Notes: generated by a model not told the origin, from the sequence alone. A stretch of DNA of 63,702 bases, filler included, from Choristocarpus tenellus KU-1152 (GCA_964200185.2; 11 parts of 11 records of this genome joined end to end with filler, not necessarily neighbours in it); one strand, 5' to 3'; counted from the whole stretch's first letter, positions 38,007 through 52,075 are shown. Numbers and translations: made by a program.

Positions 38007-38261
38007 GAGTGAAAGCATCTTAGAGGGTACGAGTTTTGCCCTGTTTGTCCATTTGGGGCTTGGCTTCCCATGGGGTTTTTTATTACATTTTCCTACTCCG
38101 AAATGTTTTGGAGTAGGTAAATGTGTACGTTATGAAAAGGTGTGTCCGAAACATAGATATTGACACTTCCTAACAGATACGATAGCAAAAATGACATCAA
38201 AGTCGCAACATTGGATTTTGGCCCAACGGACGCGGCTCTACCCTCTAAGATACTTTGACTC
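38007..38261 (-). mobile_element. MITE family 1, full copy nested in the TRIM-like element
   Basis: TIRs present; TSD ATCT/TTCT (one mismatch). Confidence 0.9.
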
Positions 38262-38349
38262 TTCTCTGAAAAACAATGCAACAAATACACCCTAACATCA
38301 ATGTTGACGTTGGGTCTGTGTAGGTACAAAAAATCAGTAATCAATCTAA

Positions 38350-38850
38350 TCATCTATCCTACTGCAGCCTTTCGTGGAAACATCTTCAGGTACTCTCTCC
38401 TGTAGGTACTTAGCAATGCCACGTTGCGTCTCCCACAGTCGATGAAATGACAGGGTCCTTATCAATACATATAGCGTCTCCTACAATCAACAAAACCTCC
38501 CTAGTACATCACTACTGCAGATCACTGGAACACAGATCCTACCTCGTATCTACCTTCCTATGGTAGTCTCCAGTGGAACATTATTGGATACTTATCCTGC
38601 AGGTCCCTAGCAATCCCATGTTGTGTCTCTTACAATCAACAAAACCTCCCTAGTACGTCACTACTACAAGTCACCGGAATACAGTAATATGGTGGAGCTG
38701 TTGCTTCTTACCTATCCTATCATAATCTCTACGAACACATTCTGGGGTGTTTTTTCTACTGTGGGTCCTTAGCCATAACAAGTTGCGTCTCCCACGATCC
38801 ACGAAATATCCCTAGTGTAACGTCTAAAGCGAATCCTTGGAAAAGAGTAG
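38350..38850 (+). repeat. Degenerate ~150-165-bp tandem repeats inside the TRIM-like element
   Basis: The TACAATCAACAAAACCTCCCTAGTAC motif recurs at about 38482 and 38632, with a degenerate third near 38795. Confidence 0.7.
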
Positions 38851-41175
38851 TACTAATTATTGAATTTCTTATAACTGACATACCATACAAACAAACGAAG
38901 AAAATCTCTCCCTGACTTTAATAGTTCTATCTAAAGTCAGTCTGCATACAACAAAACAGCTGTCATTTGACTTCTGTAGGTATGCACTAAAACACACCAG
39001 ACAAGTAGGGGACAAACTCAATTAAAATAATTCGAAATGACAATATACACAAGGGAAGACAGTCACAAAGAGAAACGTCCTGTTTCGCCAAAATAAGAGC
39101 CAATGAATCCTTCCAACCTTTGCAACCTTTCAGTAAGGTCTCACAGGAACAATAATCGGTCTGCTACGTAGCGTGATGAAATATTCCACACTGGACCCGC
39201 GGCTTTGGTGCTTTGATGAAGGATGGTAAATAGCTTGATGTAGATGTGCAATATTATTACAAGGGGCTTGTGGTCTCAATTCCGTCGACTGAACAGTTGG
39301 GTGAGACAAGCCTAAACTACCATTATTATTTCTATATTGTGGGGTTTGCAATCATCCACACTAATTCACAATGATTCAATTATTAACTTGTTTTAAGTAT
39401 AACAAGTGTATCTTGAACATGACATAAAAATCGATGGACACTATGAGTCAGTACAGATAATATATCTGTCACTGACTCTCCATCCTATTACCTAATCCAC
39501 CAGTGGTGTCTATAGTGTATCAGCGGCACTATCTACGAACAAGATAGAGTCTCACCATACAATGCATGTTTGTACAGGTCGTAAGTCGTGGTTATTTTGA
39601 TAATACTAAAGAGTGGATTACTGTGCCTACAGAGAGTATATGTGGAAAGATGCCTTCACTTGATTTGTATTTCTGAGGTTGTTGTACATTGGGGAGAAAG
39701 AACATCATGATATCATCGTGTTCCATAATAATCCCTGTTTTGGTCCAAATGTGTACTGCGCAACAATGTTGCTTCCAAGATCACACAATTCAGAGCACAG
39801 CCAATGCTCACAGTGCACGACAGGGTACACCAACAACAACCGTTCCGCCATGTCCGTTTCTTGGTGAAAATGTCAATGTCAGAATGATTTCGCTTCAAAC
39901 ATTACTTACTTCACTGCAGAAACTCGGTAACTGACGCCACCAAGGTATGTGCAAAATAGTCCTGGGAGTGCAAGCGAAGGTGTGTGTTCATGAAGTGCAG
40001 AGAAGAGAATGGCATGGTTCTGATAAAATACCTGGGAACAGGTTAGAAGATCAGCAATTGACGATACGGCTACCTCCGAAAAGTAGTGGGGGGCATGGAG
40101 CTGTACTCATGGTTCCAACACTAACACAGATGGACAGGCACTGTATCGAAATACCAATCAACACTTTAGGAAGAGAACAACTACGATTTTTTCATCTTAC
40201 GGACAAGGTAAAGTGGGATGATGGCAACAAGCGAAATGTCCAAACATGTCGCAAGAAAGTATAACACACCAGCCAGAGAACCTTTACTGGCAGCTACTTC
40301 TGGACATTTCTAAGCACCTGCTGTAATGGACCCTGATATGGTAGCTCCTCCTTCTTTCTTTATGTTTGTTCATCGTTCTAATTCTTAAAGAGTGAAACTA
40401 TCGTAGAGGGTACACGATAGTTCTTTTGTGTGTCTGCTGAAAAGTGTTTTGGGTAATAGTTTGAGGTGCTCCTAGCGGCAACTGATTGTTTCATAGTTTT
40501 GACACAAGCACTCACATCGCATACTGTGTAGTACATGTATGCCAGTAGCAATACGATTGTGTGTATATTTTCTGTCATGTGGACCCCGCCTCCTAGACTT
40601 GTAGGTGTGCCACTACCGTTCATATTTTGTCACATTTTCTGCATCTTACTTCCCTTCACTGCTCGATTCATTCATCAACGTATTTGTTTCTCTGTAGAAT
40701 TGAGTTTGCCTTTCTCATAGAACAAAAAAAAATAGTAAAATCTATACTCTTTTGAACTGCATATATAAGGATACACGAGTACGCTTCCATCAATTTCCAA
40801 CTTCTCAGTCTTTAGCAGCCTTCAAAACTACCACATCAAAATCTCGTCGTCATCCTCCACCGTTAAATCTATGTGCCAAATATTTCCCATCCAAAGGATC
40901 TTCTCTTGTCGATGCATATCTCCAATAAAGAATTATACAATATTTCAGAAATGATCTTGTATTGTATAACGTTCGAAGTAGTTCTTACAAGACTCAAAAC
41001 GCTAGAAATCGGCACACGCCTCTGAGATGATGAAACTCTCCGTACAAACAGAGGATATCAAGCACCCACACTCCAAAGGTCCAAACGATCCTACTGGGAA
41101 GGGGGAGAAAATTGCCCCCTTTGACTATTTCTAAAAGCACTTCGCACAAACTAATCGTTAGTGCTTTGCAAACTA

Positions 41176-41354
41176 TGCTCGAAGTATCTGGGGTGGGGTA
41201 GCGCCTGTCCATTTGGGGTCATTTTTTTTTGCCGCGATTTTTGGGTGATTTGGTTGAATACGTCGGATGGATTATGTAAATGCACTTTTCCTGGTTTTGA
41301 TCCAAATGGAGACCCTGATGTACCCACTCCCCCCCCCACAGATAATTTTGGATG
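41176..41354 (+). mobile_element. MITE family 2, full copy
   Basis: Degenerate TIRs flanked by ACTA/ACTA (4-bp TSD). Confidence 0.82.
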
Positions 41355-42787
41355 ACTACCCCACCATAGCTGGGAAGAACCTTGCTTTGCAATGAAGTCT
41401 CTCCCATTGGGCTGAGGGACAGTGGATTCAGCAACCTTCTGGGAGGAATTTATAACGGGTGAGCTACCCTTCACTCACTCCTTCTCAGGGAAAGATCTGG
41501 GTCATATGGACCAGGGAAGAAAACACCAGCAATGGTGTTGCCTTCACGTTCGATCTATAGTCAGAGGGACGGTCAACAAACGAGGCCAAGCAGTGGTCTG
41601 ACTGAGAATTTGGAGCGTAATTAAATGTTTGGTGCATCTTATGGCATGTCCATTTATGAATCAATATGCCAAGTACTAGGTTGGTCGAGGCACAACATCT
41701 CTAAGGACAGGTATGCTACGGCAGGAGGATCACTTCATCGTGTTAACCTCTTGAGACGGGAAATACACTCAAGTCCTTTTGGATTGAAATTCGAATCTAT
41801 TTTGGTGATGCAGTTCTCCGACCAAAGAGAGCACAAGTCGAGGAGAGATTGTTCAAAGCCTTCGTCTCTCAGAGCAAGACCACATTGTGAGTATAGCAAC
41901 AAATGCATGCCAAGTACACGACAACGAGAAAAACATACCAAATTTGCCACGATGGTGTATACACGACAGTGCCCACAAACCACCGTCACCATACCTTGAT
42001 TGTGTCACCGTTGAAAAGTTCAAATTCCCAGAAGGCCATCTCCCCCTCTGGAAGCCCTGACAATTCCTGTGTAATCAATGCGTTCAAACAATGACGAAGG
42101 CAAGAGAAGCTCAATGGTTGTCTAATCTGTAGGTCTTTTCTAGCGTCCAGTACAACAAGATGTTTGAGGAGACAATTGCTTGAGAAGGGATAATATCCTC
42201 CCAAAAATACCTTCTCCTACTACCTACATGGCATCCAATATTGCAAAGTACATGGGAGAAGGGATCTTAAGGGAAACTGCAGTTACATGGAACAGCAGCA
42301 CAATTGCCTGCTGTGATTATAACTTCGTCTTCCTTGCACTGACTTATGACTAACAAAATGGGAGAACATCAGAGCTAATGATGCATAGATTCCGAAACCC
42401 TTTTGTCTGGTAGTTGTAACCACACAACAAAAATGTTACCTTTCCCCAAGGCTCTTGTTCCTCAATTTCGTTTCAAATTGTGTTCTTTCGGTCGTGTATA
42501 CGTATGTTCACTGACCTCTTGCAGGATCCGAACAGCAATGACTTCACCAAAGAGTATCCCCTCAACATTGTCAGCACGGAAGTGCACACCCAGCATCGAC
42601 CTGTGTGGTCAGCACACATTGGGGAGATAAGAGATACAGAGCGATCTTTTGAGCTTGGAGTGGAGCAATTGTATAATCAGATGGTGGTACGAGCATATGT
42701 CATGTCTCGCACAGTTGATTGGTGCAGGGGCCACAAACGGTCAGACTCAAAATAATCGAGGCAGGCTTGTTCTATCGTTTCAAGGGA

Positions 42788-42969
42788 GGCTCAAAGTATC
42801 TGGGGGGTATGGCGGCTGTCCATTCTGGGCCCATTTCTCCATGTTTCAATTTTTGGGTGATTTTGTTGCATGCATCGAATGGATAATGTAAGTTATCTTC
42901 TTCTCTACTCAGAGGGCCCCAATGGACACCCTCAAGGTAGAACCCCACCCCCCCGATATACTTTGAGCC
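42788..42969 (+). mobile_element. MITE family 2, full copy
   Basis: GGCTCAAAGTATCTGGGGGG...CCCCCGATATACTTTGAGCC. Confidence 0.85.
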
Positions 42970-43986
42970 AGATTTCTTCTGATGGCATATATTTTTCCAA
43001 AATTCCGCACACATCTGTATCAATCGGATGCTCGATCACTCTGAGCATTATATTTCAATTGAAATGTTGGCGAAAAATACCTAAAGATTATGAACTCTAC
43101 CAACCGCATCAACAAGGAAAATATATTGAATTGGAGGCTGTCGGTGTGTCAGTTGTGCATTTATCTATCAACAAAACTCCAGTGGGACAAAATGAATACT
43201 AGATGATTTGCCCTATGACATTGTGACAATCGGCCAAATACAAAGCCTGCGTTTTATTTTGTGGTGCACCGTGAAGACTTGCATATGTGATCCACAGGAC
43301 AACATGTTGAGGGGCAAGACCACATCAAATATGGTGTTAAATATGCGAGATCACTCTTTAGACCTACTTATATACCGTCAAGGCTTTATTCCTATGGAAA
43401 AATGTTATTTTGCACCTCCTCACCGAATCAGAAAATTCCTCATCAACTGTACCTTCCCATCGCGATATTGGAGGCTAGCTTATTGAGCTCCCCCGTCCAG
43501 GTTAGGCAACTCGATGTTCCAACATCCTCCAGAGGGAATCGCTCAAGACCGCAGTCACTCACATATACAGGGGACTGCACACAGTTCTTTCCGTTGGGAC
43601 CCACGAAGGCCTGAGGAGAAGGGCAATACGCAAGAAATACAGTACATTGGATGGAAACAAAAGAATAACCCGATAAATATTGTATAGATAAAGATATTAA
43701 AGGAAGATTAGCCACCTCCCAAGGTCAACTGGAAAGTGCAATAGCCTGATATATTGAGAGAAGACGAATCTTCTCCTTGTAAAGAGACCAATATATACTC
43801 CTCTAATAAAGCTCAAAATATTTCAAGACATTATTTTTAGTACTATGAGGTACTTACAGTACAAAATATAACTGCGAAGCATATATACTTCGTAGTAAAA
43901 CGAAGAAAAGTGAAATTAACAAACAAGATGACTAGGGCTCTCATCATGTGCGCTAATGTGGTACACAGTCCATTCAATGAACTAAT

Positions 43987-44026
43987 GAGTCAAAGTATCT
44001 GGGGGGGGTGGCAGCTGTCCATTTGG
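43987..44026 (+). mobile_element. MITE family 2 left end at contig end
   Basis: GAGTCAAAGTATCT(G)8TGGCAGCTGTCCATTTGG. Confidence 0.8.
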
Positions 44027-45401
44027 NNNNNNNNNNNNNNNNNNNNNNNNNNNNNNNNNNNNNNNNNNNNTTAATTAATTAANNNNNNNNNNNNNNNNNN
44101 NNNNNNNNNNNNNNNNNNNNNNNNNNCTGGGCACATCTCCCCTCCCCCCCCCCCGCGCGCGCGCTTGGTTTGAGTACTAAATGTGCCCCATCAATGAACT
44201 AATAACAACTTCAAGCTATTAAAGAGGTCTACGCTGATTCAAACTCAAGGCATTCTGTTGTGGAATTCTTACAGAGATCCCAGCATATATTACACAAGAA
44301 CTTCGCAAGACTATCAGAATTGGGACTAGGCCATCCTCTAGCATCGAAAAACGTCCACATACGCGAAAAACTGGGGCAAAATATTTACACACAATTTGAT
44401 CAGTCACACCCGTGGTGCAGTCAGGCAAAAAAAATTGGTGAGGAGTGCATCAACGCAGGGCAGTGAAGACGGAAATGCAAGACCACACTTTCTTGGTGGT
44501 TATTGAATCGACAGGGCACCTTGTCCTCAATAAAACAAAAAAACGGTCCAAGCAAGAGTACTTTCGGTGATAATCAATATGTAACCAATCACACAGGTGA
44601 CAAAACTCTATTGGGGTTGACAGCTCAAAACAAAATGAAGTCACAACAAAAAGAGGATGCTTCAATCTTGTTCAGATGTGTGTCTTCTTGAAGCGAATTC
44701 ATTCTTTCTCACACCCCGAGCGGGTGTGCCGGTCCCATGGACATTCTGATTTATCGAGAGACTCCAGCATCGCCAAGAGCTTTCTAGTGGACGCATTAAG
44801 GCTAGCATTGACTGCGTGTCTACGCAGGAGGCAGCAGGGGCATTCAGGGTCTAGACTGTGATGGTTCAATATTCTTACTTTAAGTGTGAGCTATTTACAG
44901 TCTGACCCGCAGCCATAAGATAACTATCCAGCTACTATTGTACACGCCTTGCTTCTTGTGTGCTAGGAACTGCCAGCCCACGGCTAATCAAACATCCATC
45001 TACATTCCAGTCAATGTACTTGACTTTCTTGCACATGAACCTTTTTAGTTCAAGCAGCAGTACTCTTTTTGCCATGAAAAAAAACAACTTCAGATGACCT
45101 GAAACTGAAGTCCATTTCTACTGCCACTACAAGTGTGTGGACTGCTTCAAAGTAGTCAGCTAGAATGCCCCAGAATCACCAAAGTTATTTTCCTCACAGA
45201 AAAATTACTGGCGGGATGGAAGGGCTCACATATTCAAGGACAAATGTAATCAGTTAAGGCAACAACCAACCTCACCAAATTTAAGAAGAGCTATGATTTA
45301 GCACCTCATCCCACCATCCAGTGTCATGCGTTATGGCTGATACATGATGCACCTTTACCAGACTTGCTACATATATGAACAAGTATGTGTAAAGTACAAA
45401 C

Positions 45402-47044
45402 CTGGCAGAAACCACAGTAAATGCACTTTGTCATGTCAATGTCATAGCGGGTGGTCTTACGGCTTCCATCCTCTCGCATTTCTGACTCAATTGTGATGGC
45501 CTATAGTATCACACACAGTTGAGAAGGGGAACATAGCGAGTGGCGATGTTCAGCAAAAAAATATGGAGGGAGGGGGGAGGGGGGGGGGGATCAAAGTGTT
45601 CACCATCATATGGCGTACTTAGTATATGTAATATACATTTCCTTTTGAATTACTTCACATGCTGAAGAATCATCACAAAGAAGATATGGTATGCTAGATC
45701 TGTACCGCAGGGAAGAAACAATATTCGGAAGATAATGTGTTGGTTAGGTGGCAGGGGGATATGCATATTCATTGCTCGACCAACCACCCCCCATTCTAAA
45801 AGCATCCTCTCCCCTTCCATCACATTCTGTGTTACCAGATAGGTGGACAGAGAAGAGTGCTGCTATACCAAGAAAATCCACTGTTTCAACAAGATGTGTC
45901 CTCAATCCATCATGAATTAGAGAATGGCCCAATGTCTTGCTAGGAAAGAAAAATGGGGGAAAATCCCCCCACCCCACCCCCCCCCCCTCATCCACCCGTA
46001 TCCACCCCCCACCCCCTATTCCCTCGGTCTCATGCGTCCGTGTTACTCTCACCTGTGCGGGGCAGATGGCCTCACACAGCTTGCAAGAGATGCACCTCTC
46101 TTCACCACTGGGGTACCGACGGAGGGCATGTTCCCCTCGGAAACGAGGGCTCAAGGGTCCCTTCTCAAAGGGGTAGTTGATGGTCACCTTGGGCTTGAGC
46201 ATGACCTGGTCAATGCGGTGTTGTGAGGTTAGGGAAACATATCAAGACAGGAGGAAAGAACGAGGGATAGCAAACTATAGGTGAGGATTATTACGTACAG
46301 TGTATTCTTCTGGTGCCACGACTTCTTGATGTCACGACATAGAGTAGGGAAGGGAAGAGTACGGGGGGTAGGGGGGGTACTTGATGTAAGTAATTTGTGT
46401 GTTGCAGAATCGGACTTCAGAGGAAATTGTTATACTGTTAAAGCGATAAACCACTCTAGGGCTTGCTCACAATGCCTTCTGTTGTGGCGTACATGTTTGC
46501 GTCTCTCCCATCTGAAAACATGCTCAGGGTATATTGGTTAAGGGTGTCGACAGGACTAGCCATGACAACTACAGTGGGATAGTCATTGTTAAAGCATTTC
46601 AACTCGGACGGTCGCAGGCCGATATAGGAGCATTTTAAAGCGTATCAACGTAGCGTACGCCACATGGTGGGGAAACCAAGCGAAGAAGGCAAAGCATCCC
46701 TCGTTAGCTCTGAAAGCAAATGCCGTGAGAGGAGGCGGGGCATACTTCACCCAGAGAAGCGGTCAATGCATGGGCAGAGACTACGCTCAAAGAAGCCACC
46801 TATACTACTTTACCTCGGCACTCAACCAAATCCCACGGAAGATCTCCCCCATGAAGAGTATGTTGGCCAGACGATCGACGACAGTGAGAAAACTAGTCGG
46901 CTTGTACTCAATATTATCCACTGGCAACTCGGCCTTCCTCTGTGGGACCGGAGAGCTGAGGTGACGGACCGCCAGCACCCGCCCACCTACTGCCACAGGG
47001 CGGAGGGCTACGAGGGCACCCCTCCGCGCAACGATGGACATCAT
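45402..47044 (-). CDS. NDUFS8: NADH:ubiquinone oxidoreductase Fe-S subunit TYKY/NDUFS8 (nuclear-encoded, mitochondrial presequence), first three exons
   Basis: Exons 47044-46814 (Arg-rich presequence...[14 protein letters not shown]), 46205-46053 ([44 protein letters not shown]) and 45500-45402 ([33 protein letters not shown]). Two 4Fe-4S motifs; last exon(s) not in this contig. Confidence 0.96.
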
Positions 47045-48126
47045 CCCTTATGCGATACTAAAAACTAAGACGTCTCAACTAGACAAAGTCCTCACTCTGA
47101 ACGAAACAACTTTGTCCTACCTTTAGCGCGTGAAGATTCGCGCGCAGACATATATACAACAACAACGAGATGTACTTTCTAAACATTCGCGTAACTGCAT
47201 TCATGATACCTTTTGCGGTGGGGAACATATTGATGAAGGCACGTCTACGGCAATTTCAAGTTTTGTCATGCACTTCCAGATAAACCTCACCTGTGGCAAA
47301 TGGACAAAAAGGGCGGTGTTGACAGATTTAGATTCAAGTCGTGAGACTCCTTCCTCTTCTTAGTAGTAGGCCGCACACACCGAAACCATGGTGCCTCGGT
47401 ATGTTTCTTATTTACTTTCTTGTTTTCAAGTATACTAATTAATACTATTCTCATTTGATGTGTCAAAAGTCCTTTAGACTACTAGAAGCGATATTGACTC
47501 TGTGTGTTGTGTTTTTTTGTTGTGTTCTTTGCCTCATACTACGTTGTCCTACCTATTCTACGTACTAAAATTTCTTCATGTTCCCCACATCACACATCTA
47601 ACAGCGGATCGTGATAATGGCGGATGGACCATTTCATGGAGGATGGGTTTGACCGAAATGGTGCGCGGAAAGTGCCCATATGTTTTTTTTGTAAATGTCA
47701 TAAATCTTTTTAGGGCCCCTTTTTGAATGGGAATCCATGCCGAAGGTGGTAGTAGGACATATTTATTGATGATAAATACAGTACCTACCCCGATTTTGTG
47801 CCAAATCTGAAAATATTAAATTTTGTACCGCTTTTTTCGATATGCTAAAAAAAATAGCACTTCGATGTAGTTTCTTTTGGGGTGGCGTTTCATCGTCATT
47901 ATGGACGGTCGACCGAGTGAGAAGATGTGTTATTTTACCATATTATTAAATTGTTTATCAATTATTGCTATCGTCCCCAAGTAGAAGAAGCTAACGCTGA
48001 GCGCTTATAAGTGTTGACATTATGTGNNNNNNNNNNNNNNNNNNNNNNNNNNNNNNNNNNNNNNNNNNNNTTAATTAATTAANNNNNNNNNNNNNNNNNN
48101 NNNNNNNNNNNNNNNNNNNNNNNNNN

Positions 48127-50106
48127 CTCCATCCCCCCCTCCATTGATTGTCGATGTTGGTTTGGCATGACCCAAGGACGCCGAGGAAGGGCTCACTACA
48201 TTACCACCACTTTCCCACACCATTACATTACCTCTTCCATTCTTCACCCTCGAGTGCAGCAATTGGGTCGTCCCACCTCCCTCGCCATCTTTCATCTGCT
48301 CTTCTTGATCCCCACTTTGCCCTCTTCCACCTGAGTCAAGAATCTCCAAATTCTGTTGTTGACTATCACCCTCCAGCCCTTCTACTCTGCTTCCGCTGGG
48401 GCTGTTTGACTTTCCACTACCCACAACGAGCCTGACGTACTCCAATCCTGTACCTGATGATCCCACACCAGAAGTTGATTCAGGGTCATAATCTGAGTTT
48501 GGTGCTGCCACAGGGCCTGCTCCTGGGCCTCCCTGCCTCTCCCTTGCATGCTGCTTAGGGGCATTTTGCCCAGTAGAACCGAAGGATACAGGCATTAGAC
48601 CTTGACCTGACGAAGTGTTGCATGAAAGCTTGGGACTGACACCGTTGCCCATAGTGATGGAATATGGGGTAAATGGTTTGTAGTTCCCATTTACACTACC
48701 CCCACCCCCTCCATCTGTGTTCTCAGTGGAACCACAGATACCACTCACACCATTGCCTCCCTCAGTGCTCTCAAATCCACCCCTTGCCCCACATCCGCTA
48801 GACGTTAACTGCTGTCGCCTTTGAGATGGTTTCAAGGATGTTCTAGTGGTTCCTTTGGGATTACCCATGCCATGAGAGTGTGGCAGTTGTTGGTGTTGTT
48901 GGTGCTGTTGGTGCTGGCGGAAATCTTCTTCTCCAGTCAGTACTGGGAAGATCAAGGCCTTCTTCATGTTTCGGCATCGAGGCAATGAAAAAATGACAAG
49001 AATGCAAGGATAATGATTTTGACATTTCTATGATGACAGGGATGGCGAAAGGAATTCTGTTTACACTTTGATAGGAAGTAAGGGCAACAATCCACAACGC
49101 ATGATTGAGGAGCAACACAGCACACCTGTCCCTATACTGGACGGCACAGGAATTCCAAAATATGCCCCAAGTATCTCGTTGTACAAAGTATGATGACAAT
49201 ACTTGTCTTCACGATAAGGGTGAGAGCGAGGCTAACCTGTCCAGTTCTTTCTCCTCTAGCTCGTCCAGTCCCTGGAGCTATGGTCACGTGTGTTGCACCA
49301 TCAGCGCTGAATGGTCTGCGTTGCCCTCTCCTGGACCCCGCCCGATCTCCAGGGAAAGAATTAAGTCTGTGAACATAACCAGTAGTTGGGGCATGGCGGA
49401 GAGAGAGAGGGAGAGTAAGAGCTCCTGTTGGCGATGGGACTAGCCCTGATCCCCGCCCTGAATCAATGCACGATCCATACCCTGGTACCACTGTCATGGT
49501 GGTGGATGTTCGCACGTCGACCTCCATCTCCTATAGCAGAGTATCGAATCGTAGGGGCAGGTGAGGCGTAGATTGTTCATTAGACTTGGGAAGGACTCAA
49601 GGCGTGCATAAGTGTGCCTGCCCAAACCGCTTCAGCAAAGCGAAATTGGAGAGGTTTCCATGGAGGGACCGAACCTTCGACATTGCAACCTTCCGCCATT
49701 TGTGGATGATCTAGCGAGGAAAGCAAAGGCAATTGCCCATCTTCTCTGGATTTTAGCTGCTTGTTGATAAAGGTAATGTTCGACATCGCCGTGAAGATAG
49801 ACAAGCCAGAACCATCACGTCACCATGGCCATTTTCACCATCGTAGTCAATGGCGCCAACCAAAAAAGTATTCCGTAAAAGTTGGTAAGGTCGGTGATCG
49901 CTCAGACTCGTACTTACATGTGCCCCCGCATTTTTAAAGTCCATAGATGAGGATCGTGGCAGGTTGTGGGTCGTGACCTGGAGATTGTGTCCGTACACTA
50001 GACCAGGTTTAGGTCCAATCCGCTGTGCTGAGTCCTTCCGTTCGGCAAAGGAGCCTTTGACACGAATCCTTCCGGACGGTGGGGTCCGAAGAGTGCGTCC
50101 TCCCAT
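48127..50106 (-). CDS. Hypothetical low-complexity (Gly/Ser/Gln-rich) protein, 5' exons
   Basis: Exons 50106-49918 (ends |gtaagt), 49530-49237 (tag|...GQ|gttagc) and about 48961-48127 (open to the contig edge); all phase 0. Confidence 0.65.
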
Positions 50107-50407
50107 CTGAGGCTTGATTTTGGCTACTATTTACATGCCTATACTAAAGTTCTGATTAGCATTTTGACACTTTGACTTGGGCAAACTTGATATGGAGAAA
50201 ATCTTCTGCCGTTATGATATTGACGTTTTATATTAGTGGTAGGGGACGTAAGGATATTGGTCCTTCAATTTTGTCGAACTTATCGTAACTTTTTCATTGA
50301 CGTCAATGATGTGAACTTGGGAAAGCACAGCAAGAGGACGAGGTGTCAACGTGCGGGCTGCTCCGAAGAGTGTGAAGAGGACATTCGATTCTGAGAGAGA
50401 GATTCAG

Positions 50408-52067
50408 ATGGAGGGGTTGACAGAGGATGGGGGGGTTGAGGATACATTTCTAGTCCAGGAAACAAACGAAAACGCCGTCTTGGAAGAAAGAGATAAAGAG
50501 GGGGAGGTGAAGGTGGAAGTTCCCTCAAGCCTCAGTCCAGAAGAACAGAGGATCAAGCGGTGAGCAACGTGATTTCGACTCACCTTCCGCGATATTTAGT
50601 CTATTCAGTCGGTAAACATTACACGGGATCACTTTATGCTAAAGACAACCTCGGTTGTGGACAGACAACCTGATCTGGGAAGGATCGAATTCCTCAATGG
50701 TGAAGTTGAGGAACACAATCGTGCCTAATTTTTCCCAGCAAGGAATCCTGTCCTTGACCAAGCTGTTTTTCTATTGAAGCACCATATCCCAAAGTCATAT
50801 GTTACACTTTTTTCTGCGAATCAGAGCAGGTACAGCAATATCCTCCGCCGTGGGGGATTCGTCCCCGATGACTTGATCCCACACCTCAAAAGTGTGCAGG
50901 AAAAGACTGGGTCCGAAACAATGCACCTTGGCGTCGTTTCTGGGCGTATATACGAGGAGATCTACTCCAGCTGGACCTTCAATGAGTTTTTTCTCCCAAT
51001 ACCTCGAAGAAAAAGGTCAGTCAGTAGCACACCTCTTTCGACACAACCTGCTGTGGTCCTAATTTTGGCCTTCCATGTAGTGAACAATCTACCTCCGAGC
51101 ACGACCCCACCCTTCATATCTCGATGATCTCCCAATCAATATAAAGGCCTAAGGTCCATCCTGATAAATACCCCCCTGCACAGGTTTCATAGGAGAATAT
51201 CATCGCCTTTCCCTACATCAGGACCTACCAATCATGTATATATATATACGTATTCTGAAATCAGTAGGTACACGAGGTCAAAAGTGGTCATGCTTTCGAG
51301 GGGGTTTTGCTTCTTCTCTGTGGGCCTCTTTTCTTGGTTAAAATCAATTGGTCGGTCGAAATTCGTGACTGCGGCATGAAGGTAGTTGCAAGACCATTGA
51401 AATAATGTGTTTGTTATCCAGCAAAACGGTGGCATTTGCTTCATGCATGTATTGTATCTTATGGTAGGAACCGACAATCTTAAAAATAACATGTGCGAGC
51501 AAAAATTTTCGTGGTACTTGGCCTTTGCTTGGCAGCGCACTTGAGATGATGCCCGTCATGGCAAGGAAAATCCTCAGCAAGGACTCCTTGTGGGACAAAG
51601 AGAGAACCAAGGCAGAGGAGGAGGATAATCTGGCAGGGTTGCATCACAATGAGGGGAAGTCAAAGGACAAGAATGTGAGTCTTTCAATACTGCTGAAATA
51701 ACGATGGAATTGCACTGAGGCATAGAACTGCGGAATTTGATTCAGATTGTGGGTGTTCTTGACTTGGAGATAAGTCCCGGCTTGTTCTCAAAAAGATTTG
51801 GAAAGAAGAACTGAAGTAGCTGCCATTGAGAGGAAAGACTCAATTGAATGAGAGAGGAAACACGAATTTTCGCTTCATGGTGCACCTGCAAGATCCAGGC
51901 TGCACTTTTCTCGGATCATGCTCGGATCATCATGGTCTTGGTTGAAAATAGTAGTCACTCCAACAGATGGTCTGCCATCCAAGCTTTACTGGATTGTGAA
52001 AAAGACCGAAATCAAGGGCATTCAAAAAAAAAACATAAAAAGTTTTGTTGCTCGCGCAGCAAACCAG
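50408..52067 (+). CDS. Hypothetical protein, first four exons
   Basis: Exons 50408-50559, 50830-51015, 51536-51674 and 51893-52067 with GT-AG sites and matching phases (2, 2, 0) give one open frame: MEGLTEDGG...RYSNILRRGG...SALEMMPVMARK...IQAALFSDH... Confidence 0.72.
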
Positions 52068-52075
52068 GTAAATAG

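Larger units (their letters stand above)
37557..39541 (-). mobile_element. Non-autonomous LTR retroelement (TRIM/SMART-like), 1985 bp
   Basis: LTRs 37557-37923 and 39174-39541 (TG...ACA); perfect 5-bp TSD AGATA; purine tract AAGGGAGAG abutting the 3' LTR on the minus strand; no protein-coding internal region. Confidence 0.88.

Noticed and set aside
39550-43980. Many short overlapping ORFs of 60-125 aa
   Set aside because: No recognisable domains or consistent exon chain; probably decayed repeats.
44490-44525. Minus-strand RCPVDSI resembling the missing NDUFS8 exon (EACPVDAI)
   Set aside because: Wrong splice phase, no EA, and downstream residues do not match VEGPNFE; probably chance.
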